Positions 14,601 through 27,674 of a stretch of DNA of 64,000 bases are shown here, piece by piece; the first letter of the stretch is position 1; each line of letters opens with the position of its first letter. The notes under the pieces are model-generated. The model did no database searches and was not told the DNA's origin. It worked only from the letters and a program-made list of their open reading frames with translations. The position numbers and the translations under genes are program-made. The stretch lies in contig OZ365109.1 of NCBI GenBank assembly GCA_977030845.1, forward strand, positions 58,280,001 through 58,344,000. The letters are read 5' to 3'. Origin of the DNA: Fimbriosthenelais zetlandica. Lineage: Eukaryota.

Positions 14601-17600
14601 GTGATGACATTGGGGTTATATATGGATTAATGGGGGCATGGGAAGAGAACTGGGATCACTGATCGAACTCATAACTAGGGATCTTATCTTGTATTGCCCA
14701 ACAAACAGTTTTAAGTGGTCATCGCCCTTGTAAAGCTGGGGCTGAGGATAACCTAAATATCGCGCTTTGGCTCATATTTTGCCTTATAAGCTTAATAACA
14801 GAAGGCAGCACGCAATACATGTAATTTATGCTATAAGTCGGGTTGTATGAACTGCTGTATCACATCCAAGATAATATTATTAGTTGGGGGAATACACAAA
14901 AAATAACTTTCCATTCAAGTCATACAAGGATAAAGCGGGCTCAAACTATTTTTTCCCCAAAAAAGTGCATTGAAAACATGGAAAGGTACGTATTATATAT
15001 CATCAGCATTTCGTTCAGCCGATATTTTCAGGTGATTATTCATGAAGAAAAATCATAGTGGATATATGATACCTTAACAATTATAATGACCAACGCCACT
15101 AGTGCTTAAATTCCTAAAGAAAAATGATAATAGCAACAGCCCACACGTACATAAATTGATAAAGATACGGTAATCTGATACTACTGGAAGGCTTGCTGAC
15201 TATTTGATCTGTAGAAATAAGGAAAGGTTGCTGTCAGCCCAAAACAACTGCCACAAAATGCCTTTAGACACGGTATAAAATAATTGATGTTTCTATAGTA
15301 TAAGAAAGAGTCCTCTCTCTTTGCCAATGTTCTTCCTGCACCTCTCTTTGCCAATCTTCTTCCTGAGGCAAATAAAGTGAATAAATAACACGCCCGAACC
15401 CTTTGGCCCCACTCGCCATACAATTCTTGTAAAAAGGTATTTTTACCAAAGAAGAGAAATGACCCCACTAGCAGCTGCTTTGAATGACTGGCAAAAGTAA
15501 TAAATTGTGAATAAGGATTGCGGTCGCATGAATGTCTCATTTTCATGGATGGATGTATTTTAGCTGGGAAGGCAGTTATATGGCGAGTAATAAACATAGC
15601 AATGTGATCAATTATTAACTAAAGGTCATTCTGCCTCAGATAATAGAGAATAAGAAAGTAGCCTCCCCACCAACACGTATTCACTCTGTCGATACAGTAT
15701 TATAAGCGATTCACTTGATGGACAAATTATGAACTTTAAATAACCATCATGCATGTCGCATAATCTCCCAAGCATTCGCTGAACCTGTTTTTCAAGCAAA
15801 TCTGTTTTTCAAACAAACAGTTTGCAGAATCTGGGGAGCAAGCACCATGCATTCCATGCAAATCGTACTTTCGCCAAATTCTGCAAGCTGCAAATCACGC
15901 GGGATTAGACTACGCCTCCAATATTATAAGTGTAGCAATACATATCTATGTGAACATGTACGTTTCATATAATAATATGATAGAGTACATTGTGTATGAA
16001 AGACTCTGACCAGCCTGTAGACTGGACTCACAAGTGAATAATGTGCCTGGATAGAATCCTCCGAGAAAAGTTCCAGATGGATTAGAAACAAAAAGATGCT
16101 GAGGTTCTACTCCATCAGAGATAAAGGCACAATATACATAATATATCTTCCTGCCTGACCGTTCCTTCTTCTTATCATTGCAGTAGTTGTTTTTTTTATT
16201 CTGGGTATGGCCATGAAAGATATATACCATGATAATTGTCTGCCATAATACTTACTCGCCAGCAATATAACCTTGCCCGACAATGTGCATACTGTACGTA
16301 TTATTGTAACTTAAATCAATTTATACTGATATTATACGCTCTAATCTACCATATCAGCAGACTGAGTAGCACTCAATCTGGCTGCCCAGTGGTCAGGCAC
16401 TAAGCTGGTGAAGCGGTATGATCGGTACATCTGATTTGGTGGGATGGCAAGAAGTCCTGCACTTGGTTTGCACTGCCCTTTGGCACAGTACCTAGAACCA
16501 CTAACAAGTCTTATGAATCGAAGGTAGATACAGAACCAGCCAGCAGATAAGAACCAGTAGAAATACACTGTTAGACCAAACTGCTACTTTTGACGGTCAA
16601 ATATCTGTTATTGTCTGGCAACAGAATGCCTATCCTTGCACGGCAAATGAAGGTGATTCGGGGTTTCACCATCAACTTTTTGGTCCGTAATTTGGCGAGC
16701 AGATTGCTGATAATAGGATAAGGATTTTGTGAGACCCAAGGCATCTTCTTTTATCTCTTTTGAATAGTATTTTTTCCCAGGGGAAACCACACAGTTTACT
16801 GTGGTCCAAGATTTTATCTGAAGTTCTGACAAGCCAGACATGAAGGATATGCAGCTGGTAAAATCACTAATGCACATCTTGTCTCTATGATCGAAGCCGC
16901 AAATGGCCTTGTTGGTCGGAGTGTTTCTCTTGCCGCATATTATACATACCATACTTTCCATTACAAGGCCCCTATACACTCACGTAATGGCCTATCTGGA
17001 AGGGAAACTCCACTAAAGCCCACGTAAAAAGTGAGAGCATCACATCTTCACCAAGGTTTTGATCAGAAAGTGCCTCCTCCTTCAGGAAGCCACATGCCAA
17101 GAAAAGTTCTATGATACGCCTTCTGATGTATTGTTCGTAGATGCCACCGGCGGCGCTTCGGGTCATAAAACAATGCCGGGTGAGACCGATAAACGGATTT
17201 TCTATGGACAGTGGGAAGAACAGGCCTTACCATACATGGTCCCAAGGCTGCGTTTTGCCCGGATCATTATCAATAGCCCAGATGTAAACCAGTTGGCCCT
17301 TTAAGGCAAAATACTGGTACGGTTCAGCCCCCTTAGGTATTAGGTAGCTCAATGAGAATAATATTAAGCCTGAGCTGGGGACCTCATAGGATCCAAACTA
17401 GCCTGAAGCTAGGACTGGACGGTGGGGGTCTGTATGAGGTGAAGCATCCATGACTAGGTAACCCTCTGATCTCCCCCAGTGTCATTATGAGATTCTCTTT
17501 ACACTGAACTAGCTCCAATGAAGACTATTGAGTGTGTGCCTCCTTCATTCCATGATTGATGAGGGTATATGTCTCTAGTCTGGGGCATCAATCAATGGGC

Positions 17601-20600
17601 TATATATTTGAAATATTTATACTGATGATGGCTTATATCTTGGCCAACCTAGTCATATCCATCCTACCTTATTAGATTATAGAATATTTTAAGCTCTACT
17701 GCACCCACTTTACCTTCCACTTGACTATGTAGCCATGAATCTTGATTCTTTAAGAAACAGAATTGCTTTGATCCAAAGGGCACATTATTAGAACAATCAA
17801 ATCAAAGTCATAAAGAACAGTGTCTCTAATTCACTTATTGTTATCTGCTTATAAAAATTCCCAGACTGATTAAAACCACAAAGTGCTGCACAAATACAGG
17901 CTTTGGACTTGGTGATGGATTGGAGTGGGAGTGGTTTGAAAAGAGGAGATGGTTTTGCCTCGTAAAGCTATGGATTCCTTTCACTTTAAGGGATTGCTTT
18001 CTAAAACTAAGCACAGCTCCTTGCTTGAACACATTTTGGCATGAAGACGGCTTGGGGGTTTCCACTGCTCCATATCCTCAAAATATATGATGTCCTAACT
18101 CCATCAATTGACAATGTATCAAGGGGGACCCTGTGCCAGCTGTGAAGCACTTGGATGAAGTTAAAAATGTTTTGGGGAAGAATTGGATTTTTCGCAGCAG
18201 ATGAGGCAGCGATCTGTCGAAAGTATTGGAGGGTCGAGGCAAAGCGCCTTTGCCGGCAATCCGGAGGGAACCATCAGGAAGCATCTGATTTGTTGTAGCC
18301 AGCAGTGGCCTGGCCACGGATGTATGGAACAAGATGGATTTTTGACTCGCGGATGACAGCTTGAGCGATGTATTCAATAGGAGGCCAAGAGGGAGCTGTT
18401 CAAACACGGCAGCATCGAGCTGCTCAAGTAATAGTTAAAAGGGGGAAAATGAGATGGAAAGAAATGAGGAATGAAGAAACCATTTGAAAGCTCCATGCCA
18501 GGGTTCAACCTGATATCTCAATCGGGCATGTCAAAGGAATGTGGATGGAGCTGGGGGGGTCTCAGCTTCAGGCTTTTCTTCATTATTTTAATTTCTAAAT
18601 TATTAATTTCTAATTTCAGGAATCAAATGGCTGTTATTTATCAGAGAGATGAAAACGTGACTTTTATTTTAATAAGGTATATCTCTGTATTTCAGTTGAG
18701 ACAAACTACCTGAATTCACCGGTCTGATCATATCCATGCAGGTAGGCTATAACCTTAGGCATTTAAAAAATTATGAACATCACTATTTTTTTATCCTCAT
18801 ATTCAAAAATAATTATTCATGCCGTGGAAGGAATATTTTTTCTCGCAGGCAGATCTGCTCATGAGTAGTGAACTTTGTTCATAAAAGGTACGTGCATCAA
18901 AAGGCCTTATTTTAATTATATAGATGCACTTCATCCAGAGTAACAGTGTAAACGTTATCCCAGAGGCGTTTAATGAAAATCCATTGGTGAAGTACTCTCC
19001 TGCCATTATGCATAATTGAAAAATTAAACAAAACAGGGAATGGAAAGTTCGATGCCATTGAAGAATAGCTTTTAGCTCTAGTATCGTTGTTTTCCCCTAA
19101 ATGGATTGCAAATTGGGGAAAGTGTGTGCCAAGCTTCTGCAGAATAAGCAACACGATTTTGATTTTGTAAAGCCGATTGGAAATAATGCATTCACGTCAC
19201 TTTCATAACCACCGATTAATTGTGACTTCGACTCCACTTGAATATGGACGTGACTCCAATATAGAGGGAACAATACTGAACGGGCGCGCAGAGTAGGACA
19301 ATGTGAAGAACATGAACAATGTCAAAAGGTGGAGAGTAAAAAGAAGCAACAATGGGAGGGGAGGGGAGAACGTAAAGGAACATGAGGTTGGCCTTTAAAT
19401 AGATGGAAAATGCAGAACAGGATAAATAAGATGAATACGAACAGGGGGAAGGGGAGGAATGAGAGATGATTGGAAGAATGAGAAGCTGGTGGGGGAGCAG
19501 GAGTATGAGGATGTGCAAGAGCGAAAGTGAAAAAAGTACAGCGGAAAGCAAGACCAGGAATGGCAGAATTCACATACATGTACGTATATTATGAACCGAG
19601 CATAAAACAGTAAACTTTCGGTGGTTTTTAAAGTCCACATCATCTGAGTTGATATATTTAGCAAGAGCAGCTCCCCACTTTATGCTCAGTGACATCAACT
19701 GCTCGCCTCGAGATCTTAGTCTTTCTCACTTGGCGGATCATTGAGGCTCACACCCACTTCTAGCAGAGAGGGAGTTATCGACTGGGCCATCTTAGATCAC
19801 AATAGCTGGCGGCTTTATATGGCCACCCAGTCTATGTGGGTAAGAGCTTACAGAAAACAGGGCCTGGTGTGGGCTCGAGTGACAGATACAACTACCAGCT
19901 AAAGTCACTAGCCAAACTCCTCTCTATAGAAACGGCTGGAATCGACAGTGGCTGTTCTTGTTGAAAGGCTAAAAGGTACCTGTCTGTCTAATTAGGAGTA
20001 TGGACAGGGAGGACCAGCCCTGTCTGGTGTGCGATTGTCGAAGTCGGGCATAAGATACTCTGTAATATTACCCCAGCAGTGTCGGAAAATGCTACTGCTT
20101 TTGTTGTAAACACCCTACAAATCTTTCTCTAAGATACATATATATGTACATACATATATACATAATTAAATATACACATTTCCTATTTTGGCACATGGGG
20201 ATGGATGCCATAATATTACTTTATATAACTCCTTTCTACAAAACTTTTACAGCTGAGTAATTCTGAAGGTCAAAAATGAGGACTTCCCTCAGTAACATTA
20301 ATGGACACATACACTGAAATCCATGCAGGATAATCCAACACTTTTATAGAAATTAGGCCTTGTTATAGGTTAAACCATTTTAAAGCCTATAGCACTTTCT
20401 GTTAACAAAACCGACAAATGGCAGACAGCCAAGTACTTATTTTGTCAAAACTCCAGAACAGTCTATTGTCTAATGCACGTTTTAATAAAGGTATTTTCAT
20501 GAAATGGGCTTAGAGTTCACATGCTTGAAAACAATAAATTTATGCTGATGGAGTCCCAAACGAGACAGTGACATTTCCAAGCTGTACTTTCAAGCTGAAT

Positions 20601-21216
20601 CCTAACATTTATACATTAACATTAAACATTCGGAGCTGGAAAAGCAGATTGAGATCTTGCTATACGAAAGCATGGCACAGCATGCAATCATTAACAATCA
20701 TAAGATGATTAAGCATGAAATTCCATGAAAAACATTCAACGAAATGTCTATATAAACTGAAACACAACTCCCATTATCAGTTTCAAAATTTCAAAACTCC
20801 ACTAATTAGAATTTTGATTTTTTTTTAAAGGAAAACGGAACCTAGTGATAGTCTACATTGTTAAGTGGGCCTCACCTTCCTTCTCCTCGGCTGGTGGGGA
20901 AGAAAGTATTAAGATGATAATTTAACTTGCTTATGACAAAAGTAAATACAAAATAACTGAGTCCTTCCTTCTGAGAAAGCACGGTCCTAACCAGAGGAAT
21001 ACTTAATATTATTTTCCCAGAATATGACCTATTACTAAAAGATACGTTGTTTCTATTTTCTGATGTGCAAAAGGGATCACTATGAAAATCTCAAAATCTC
21101 GACTTTGTTCACTTCCATATAATTGTTACAGAGAAGGATATTAAAAAAGATTAAATCAGATATTGAGAAGATTGATAATATACAAATATATATACTGAAG
21201 TAAATAGTACACTTAC
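2659..21216 (-). other. CSPG4: 18,558-bp phase-1 GT-AG intron of the CSPG4-like gene
   Basis: Donor CATAAAA|gtaagt (21216) and acceptor ttgcag|GT (2659). Splicing gives A+GT=Ser and the continuous repeat motif VVFVHK-S-SNRGGFSFIVNDG. Confidence 0.9.
8619..8928. mobile_element. Non-autonomous Tc1/mariner-type MITE, 310 bp, with ~80-bp terminal inverted repeats
   Basis: Left arm 8619-8696 (CAATTGGAGTCAAAAGTAATCATACACCT...GTCCATTTTCGTATCTTTCCTCGACAATAATCAT) is the imperfect reverse complement of 8847-8928. TA precedes the left end; the right TA is degenerate. The terminus resembles Tc1-type ends such as Sleeping Beauty CAGTTGAAGTCGGAAGTTTACATACAC. Confidence 0.8.
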
Positions 21217-24200
21217 TTTTATGCACGAAGACGACCTGGTCCTTGTTAATCAACTCTTGGGTGAAGTTAACAATATTTTGACCTTGGTTGGATTTCAGTG
21301 TGACATCACCTCCGCTAGGGTTGTCAATGACATACATCAGGTTGTCTGGCGTCGTGTCCTGATCAAGCGCCTTCAGGTATTCTGAGGTAATTGGAGTCAC
21401 CGATCCGGTCCAAACTTCTAACTTTTTATTCACAATAACCCTTGGGGGTTGATCGTTGGTCGGGTGAATGGTAATCTCTATTGAGTGTGGGTTACTTTGC
21501 TTTTTGGAACGATCCGATTTAGCCATGATTGAGAAATGATCCGATGTTGAATCATTCCCATCATGAACATAATAAATAAAATCGCCTTGCAGTTCACTTT
21601 GAGTGAATTGTAAAATGGACACATCAGGGTGACTGCGGGATTCGATGCCTCCATTCATAGGCTCCAATGTGATCACAAATACAATATTCTCATTCCTGAA
21701 ATGGCGATTAGTCACATGGATCATATCATCCGTTATCAGACGACTTTCTCCCTCTACAAGATCAAAGTTCTTGATTTCTATTGGGATAACATTAGGGACA
21801 ATCTCCAGCACAAACTCCAGACCTTGTAGGCTTTGTATGCCGTTAGTAACGTCAAACATGAAGGTGTCTGAAGTGGGACCTATGACATGATGTTTGTACC
21901 GTAGACGTTTTTCATTGACGTCTTCCTGAGTGAACATGCGGAAGTCCTCGCCTTGTGCGCCGTCTGTGAGGGCTAGCGTGCCGTATTTGGGGAGGAGAGT
22001 GATGGAGTAGTGGATGTCCTCATCTGGTACCTCAGGATGGGTCACCTCTAGGTTCTCACGACTGATGATTACCTCCGACCCTTCATCCACCACCACTACT
22101 GCATTATTAACAATCCTAGGCGGGTCCTGATGACTCTCTAACACAATCTTCACCCCGATCTCACCCTCCATTTGGACATCTTCTATTTTAACAATGAAAG
22201 TAAACAGGTCTTGTAAATTAATGGTGCCGTCGTGTTCATAATAGACAGCTTCGTTTTTAATATCGCCCAAGTTAAATCGGTGTTTCTCCATATTGTTCTT
22301 CACAATGCGCCCATGTGAAGGCTCGGTCTTCATTATAAATTTAACATCTTTATCCTCGGCATCTAAATTTGTTTCCAGACTTAGATTGCTCCACAAGATG
22401 GGCACCATGCCACCTTTCTGCACAGACAGGCCAGTGTTGTTGAGGAATCTTATGTATGGATCGGAGGCCCTGACTTCAAAAAGGCCACTTGAAGTGCGCT
22501 GCCCATCAGTCACCCACAACACCGCCCGTCCATGATTGGGCCCTTTGTGTTTGAAAGTGATTTTTCCATCGGCCAAATCCTGTTGGGTAAAGAACCTGAC
22601 TGCAACAGAGTTATTGCTTGTTTCCACCAAGTCCCCATTAGGTATTCCTCGCCACTCATACTGAAGCTTGGAGCTATCATAATCGATGTCAGGGTCATAG
22701 TAAGAAAGGTCATCAGTTGACACCACGCGACCCCTGTTGGTCACAACATTAAATACCTTGTCGATCAAACGCATGGGATGATTGTCATTATGGAGCTTGA
22801 TTTTGATCTCAAATGTGCCTGTAAACTCTGTAATTTCCTGGACCACATACTCAGGTGGATCTTGAATGATGGGTGTAGCTATAAAGCTAAAAGAATCTTC
22901 AGGGCTCTCTGAGTCGTCATGCTTGTACATCACCCGCCCACTGGCTATATCATCATTAGTGAAAGTAGTGGAGCCATTGTGATCTAATGGATGGCCTAGA
23001 GCGGGATCTTTTAGAAGGACCATACCATGGGAGGGCCCAGCAATGATAGTGTACCTAAACTCATTATAGGTACTTGTCTCCATGTACAAGTCATCTGTTG
23101 TAATAACCTTACTTTCCCCCTCGTACACGTCCACTAGGCCATTATTAATGAACTTCACATCCCCATCTAATGGCTCATAGATCATCTTGAAGGTAAATAC
23201 AGGAGATATGTCCCCAGGTACCAGTAGCCTGAACTGGAACTCATCCTCTATTTGTGAATAGAGCGCCTTGTTAATGCGATATAGGAGTAGGCGGTCATTT
23301 ACATCTGCCTGTGAGAAGTTGCCACCCACTATGAGGCGCTGTTTCTGGCGGTTGCCGGCGCCGTCAGTTTCCGAGCTCATCAGATAGAGATGACCATAAT
23401 TAGGTAGAGTGAGCACAGAGTAGCTCACATCAGATGACCTGTGTCCCTCGATGGAGCTATTGGCAAGGAGATGGTCACTAGTGATATAACCCTCCTTGAC
23501 ACCAGAAAGGAGAAGCTCATTGTTTCTGCCTAGCTGAACATTAGCCTTGAGAAAGCTTATTGTGAATATTGTCTCGTCTGTTTTCTCCATCATGGCAGTG
23601 ACTCTATATTTGAACCAGTCTTCATCGTGAGGTGAATGTGTTTCAGTGTGAATGTATCTCAGTCTGTTCTGATCAATATCAGCCTGTGTAAATGTGGTCA
23701 CTGTGGCCCACTGGTTGTTGGAGAATTGTTGGCGTTGTACAAAGCCATCATATGGTGGGTCGGTGATGTCATACCTGATGTCTATTTCTTGGTTAGGAGC
23801 GTTAGTGGTGTAAGTGAGGTTATGTTTAGTGATTAATACCGTAGCGCCTGGGGCTACCACTAAGCCTGAATTAGATAGCATACTCAGTCTTAATGGTACC
23901 GCCTGGATCCGGAGGTTCTTTGGATCACTCGAGTCTTTACCATCTGACACCTGGAGCCTGACTTGTGTTTGGAGGTTACCACGATGGATATACCGAATGC
24001 GGCTCTCATTAATATCCTCCTGTGTGAATGATGTGATTCTTGCCCTCACACCCAGACTGTCAGAGATTTCAAAATAACCTACATCAAACGCTTGTGGGTA
24101 CCTTATACTGTATTCTAAATCGGCAGGATCATCGTCCTTATCCTCCACATGGAGTAACCTCGGGGTTATTCTCACTTGTGTGTTTTCGATAAGGATGAGA

Positions 24201-25842
24201 GCCTCACCCTCGGGAAGTACAATATCTGGTTTGTCATTCCAAGGAGCCACTTTGACAATGAGAGTAAAGCCATACTTCTGTCTAAGCTTGGCAGGCATGT
24301 CATCATCCACATTTAGAAACTCTAGTTCCATACCAATACTATCCATAGCCCCTTCTGACCCGTCATGCATGTATCTCACCTTCCCATTATTTAGATCTTG
24401 AAGAGTAAACGATGGGCGCCGCGAGTGCTGGGGCACATCGATCTTCAATTCCCCATGCTCAGGCAGATTTACAACTCGAAAGACAATAGCTGAGGATCGC
24501 ATTCCTAGAGATTCATAATCAAACATGATGTCAATGTTGCTGGCAGTGATCAGGACACGGCCCCCTTCACGCACCACAGCATCTTGTACAACCAGTATAT
24601 CATGCAGGGGGACTTTAGGGGGTTGGCTCGAGGACCCAGGGATCTTGACGCAGTTGCGACGCTTACAAAGGCACTCAAACCCATAGTGGCCGTGCTCCAC
24701 ACACGATGCTCCCTCGATACATGGACTACTGAGGCAAGGGTATGTCCACACGCACTCAGGTTTGAGGCCACGGGAGACTTGCGCGTCCCGGAAACCCACC
24801 ACCGCCGTGTTGATCCGAAGGTTCTGCATGCAGCCCAAAAGTGACCCAAACGGAGCATTCCGTCCTTGAAGTGTGACAAGGTCACGGGCGATTGCCTGTG
24901 CCCGGTGCTGAAGACTGACACCACCGACAAACAGGTATCCATGGAGGTCCAGGAAGCGGTTGTCGCCGAAGTTGGTCTTGGCTTCCTGTCTCTCCCTGTC
25001 GACCGTGATGCGGATGAAGGTCAATTCGAGAACCAGCTCCACCTGGTGCCAATTTCCATCACTAATACCACTAGCATGCATAAGCACAGCCTCTCCACTT
25101 CCTTTATTGACGGTCAGTTGAACCTTACCTCTAACAAGCTCAACAGCAATAAAGTCAGAGGTGGGTTGGTTACCAGCATTGTAAAACAAGAGAGCATTCT
25201 GAGCACGAGTACGCAAGTCAAAGCTGATACTTCCATCCCTTCGAGCATCTAAGGGTGGAAGTGCCAAGAAGGAAGTATTAGTAAGAAAGCTGATAGGTTG
25301 CTGAGAAGTTGCCCCAAACTCAGGACTACACTCCCACTCAATTCCATAGATATCATTAGGATCTCCGAGTTGTTTGGCTCCATTGAAAATGTCGATAGAG
25401 TTGAAGAACACATTCTGCAAGCAGCCTCTGTAGTCTCTGAAGTTCCCAAAGAAGACATCAACGAAGGTACCCACACCACCAAGATAGACACCCTCATTAA
25501 TATTGAGCTCATGGAACCTGCCAGGAGTTGTAATACTTGTGGTATACAGATTATCAATAGTAAGTTGGACCTGATCTTCAGTCCTCATCAGCTGTACATA
25601 ATGCCATTGCCAGTCATCAAAACGTACTCCAGGGGTAGAAAGTAAGGCTGCTTCACCTGAGCCCAGGTCGATTCGGAGACGGAGCATGCCATTTTTGAGC
25701 TCGATGACGCAGTAATCGGGAGACCCAGCAGCTAACATGAGGAGACCGTCAGAACGGTGTGTTCGGAACTGAAGTTTGATTTCTGTCTCCCGACTGGCAT
25801 CTTCAAGAGGCAGGCGGAGATAACTGTCACCATAGAAGGAAG
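21217..25842 (-). CDS. CSPG4: CSPG4/NG2/Kon-tiki-like proteoglycan, 4626-bp internal exon (LamG1, LamG2, EGF-like module, CSPG repeats 1-10)
   Basis: Lies inside the 1600-aa ORF 21080-25882. Acceptor ttttgcag|CTTCCTTCTAT gives (A)SFYGDSYLRLPL, like the NG2 N-terminus ASFFGENHL. Two LamG domains (LQFRT..DGLLML..W..V..YLGG..GC) and ten F-T/S-Q-x-D-type CSPG cores. Donor at 21216; length is a multiple of 3 (phase 1-1). Confidence 0.97.
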
Positions 25843-27617
25843 CTGCAAAATACAAAAGTATAAACGTATTAGAATCGCCCAAACAATAACCATTCCTTCA
25901 TTCATATTTTTGTTAAATTCTCCTAATAAATTTCACTAATTTATCATCCAAAAAGTACCCAAAAAGTAATTGACATGTGCAACATGATAGGCATAAAAGT
26001 CTCATTGGAAAATTAATTATTGGGAAATTACTTAATAAATAATTGATTAATGAGTTTAGCAAGTTATTTGATTTGATTTTCAAAGTTTGTTATGAATGTT
26101 ACAGATTAAATTAATACTGGATGCCAAGAAATATTTCTTCTTAGGCATGAGCGTTTGCTCTTAAAACCGGCCACTAATGAAAATAGTCGTCCTCACAACA
26201 CAAGCCTGGTTTTTCAGGAACATATTTAGATTGGCCCACATGCAATGGAAGATTTTGATAAAAACCTGATGTACCTGCATAGGATATGTTATTATAGGGC
26301 ATCTACTGAGTGTGAATACTGAAATACATGTTGTTATTCTGTTGAAGCAGACATTCATTCATATGATTAATGGATATGACAGATGGAAATCATATGAAGG
26401 ACAGACGTTTTAAATTGCTGAGACAATTTTAGTTCAACACAAGTGATAAATGACTTTAAGATAGATGATGAAATGTCAAAAATTGACAAAGAACCTGGAA
26501 CGACACTACAAGAATAACTGCCTCTCCACTCCATACTGCACTTTTCCATATGTCACCGATTAACAAAGTATTTCTCAGAGTTGTTATGATTCAAGTTTTT
26601 TATGTATTTTGATTTAAAGCAGCACATTCAACTAAAGACAAAAAGTCGAAATCATGAATTTGTTCTTTCATAAAGAAAATTCTGGTGTAGGCTACATGTA
26701 CAAGTTTATCTAAAACATACAAATGTGAACCTGCAATAATCCCTAGTTAATTTATATGTCAGTTTTTCGTAAAGTATGTAAATGTAAAACATAATGTGTA
26801 ATACACAGAGGTCACTATATTAAATTTCCAAGCATATGTGCGACTGGGAATACAACATTCTCTCCAGCCTCATGGTTAAGACTACCTTCTTCCCTTATTC
26901 TCCTGTCCCCATACAGGTAGGATATGTCCTGCTTGGGGCTACATATATTGAGGGCTGACTTGACTTGCTTGAAAGGTAGAGTGAAGACAATATTAGGCAG
27001 GGCGTGTTTCAGCTTAGCATGTGGCATAATACAATAGCCAGGGGCAAACACGCCATCAATCATAGCGGGCGGGAATCGGGCGGAGTACACACTGAATTTA
27101 GATGGGAATATTGCTGGAGCAAAAGCCACAACAGGTGAGGTGGACCAGGACAAGGAATCAGTAGATAATTTCTTGATAAAATAGTCTGAATATTATAGGA
27201 TGTATATAAATATTTTAGGGCAACTTTCATTACTTTTCCATAGTTCATTATTCATGGTTCAATTTGCCTCACTTTGTTTCCTACCTTTCTTGGTCTATAT
27301 GGCTATATTTTGCCTCCTTTTTTAATGAGAATAAGGATCTATACAGTGCCAGAAAGAAAAACATTGGCCCAGGAATTGACTTACCCTTTCATATCCCTTT
27401 CAGCTATTTTTTCACAACGACATTGAGCCACATAGCAGTTCAGCTAAAACAAACACATCATCTCGGCTGCCCGCCAAACCAGAATTGATTGAAGCTTCCT
27501 CTTTTTACAAAACCACCGACATCCCTCCCCCAACAAAAGCCAATACCATGTACTGATATTTTTCTCCTATTTTTTAAACAAAATATGACCTTTCACAGGG
27601 CCACAAAATATAACAGG

Positions 27618-27674
27618 CCAATGTGAAACCTGGCCAATAACGGGCGGAGGCTAAAGCAAAGGCCATGGCCGGAA
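27618..27674. promoter_or_regulatory. Promoter-like motif cluster (2x CCAAT, GC box, ETS)
   Basis: CCAAT at 27618 and 27634, GGGCGG at 27642, CCGGAA at 27669. Motif content only; no transcript evidence. Confidence 0.25.

Noticed and set aside
17059-17304. ORF with LFVDATGG...IFYGQWEE, faintly like DIRS/Ngaro RNase H (LFTDAS...WFYGQW)
   Set aside because: The spacing is off, the downstream I-x-x-L-E-L motif is missing, and no RT or tyrosine-recombinase motifs appear in any frame of 16340-17640. A TBLASTX against Repbase would settle it.
21080-25882. The 1600-aa ORF taken as a complete single-exon protein
   Set aside because: Both ends (MGDSNTFILLYF; KCTIYFSIYICILS...) are AT-rich intron read-through beyond consensus splice sites at 25843 and 21216.
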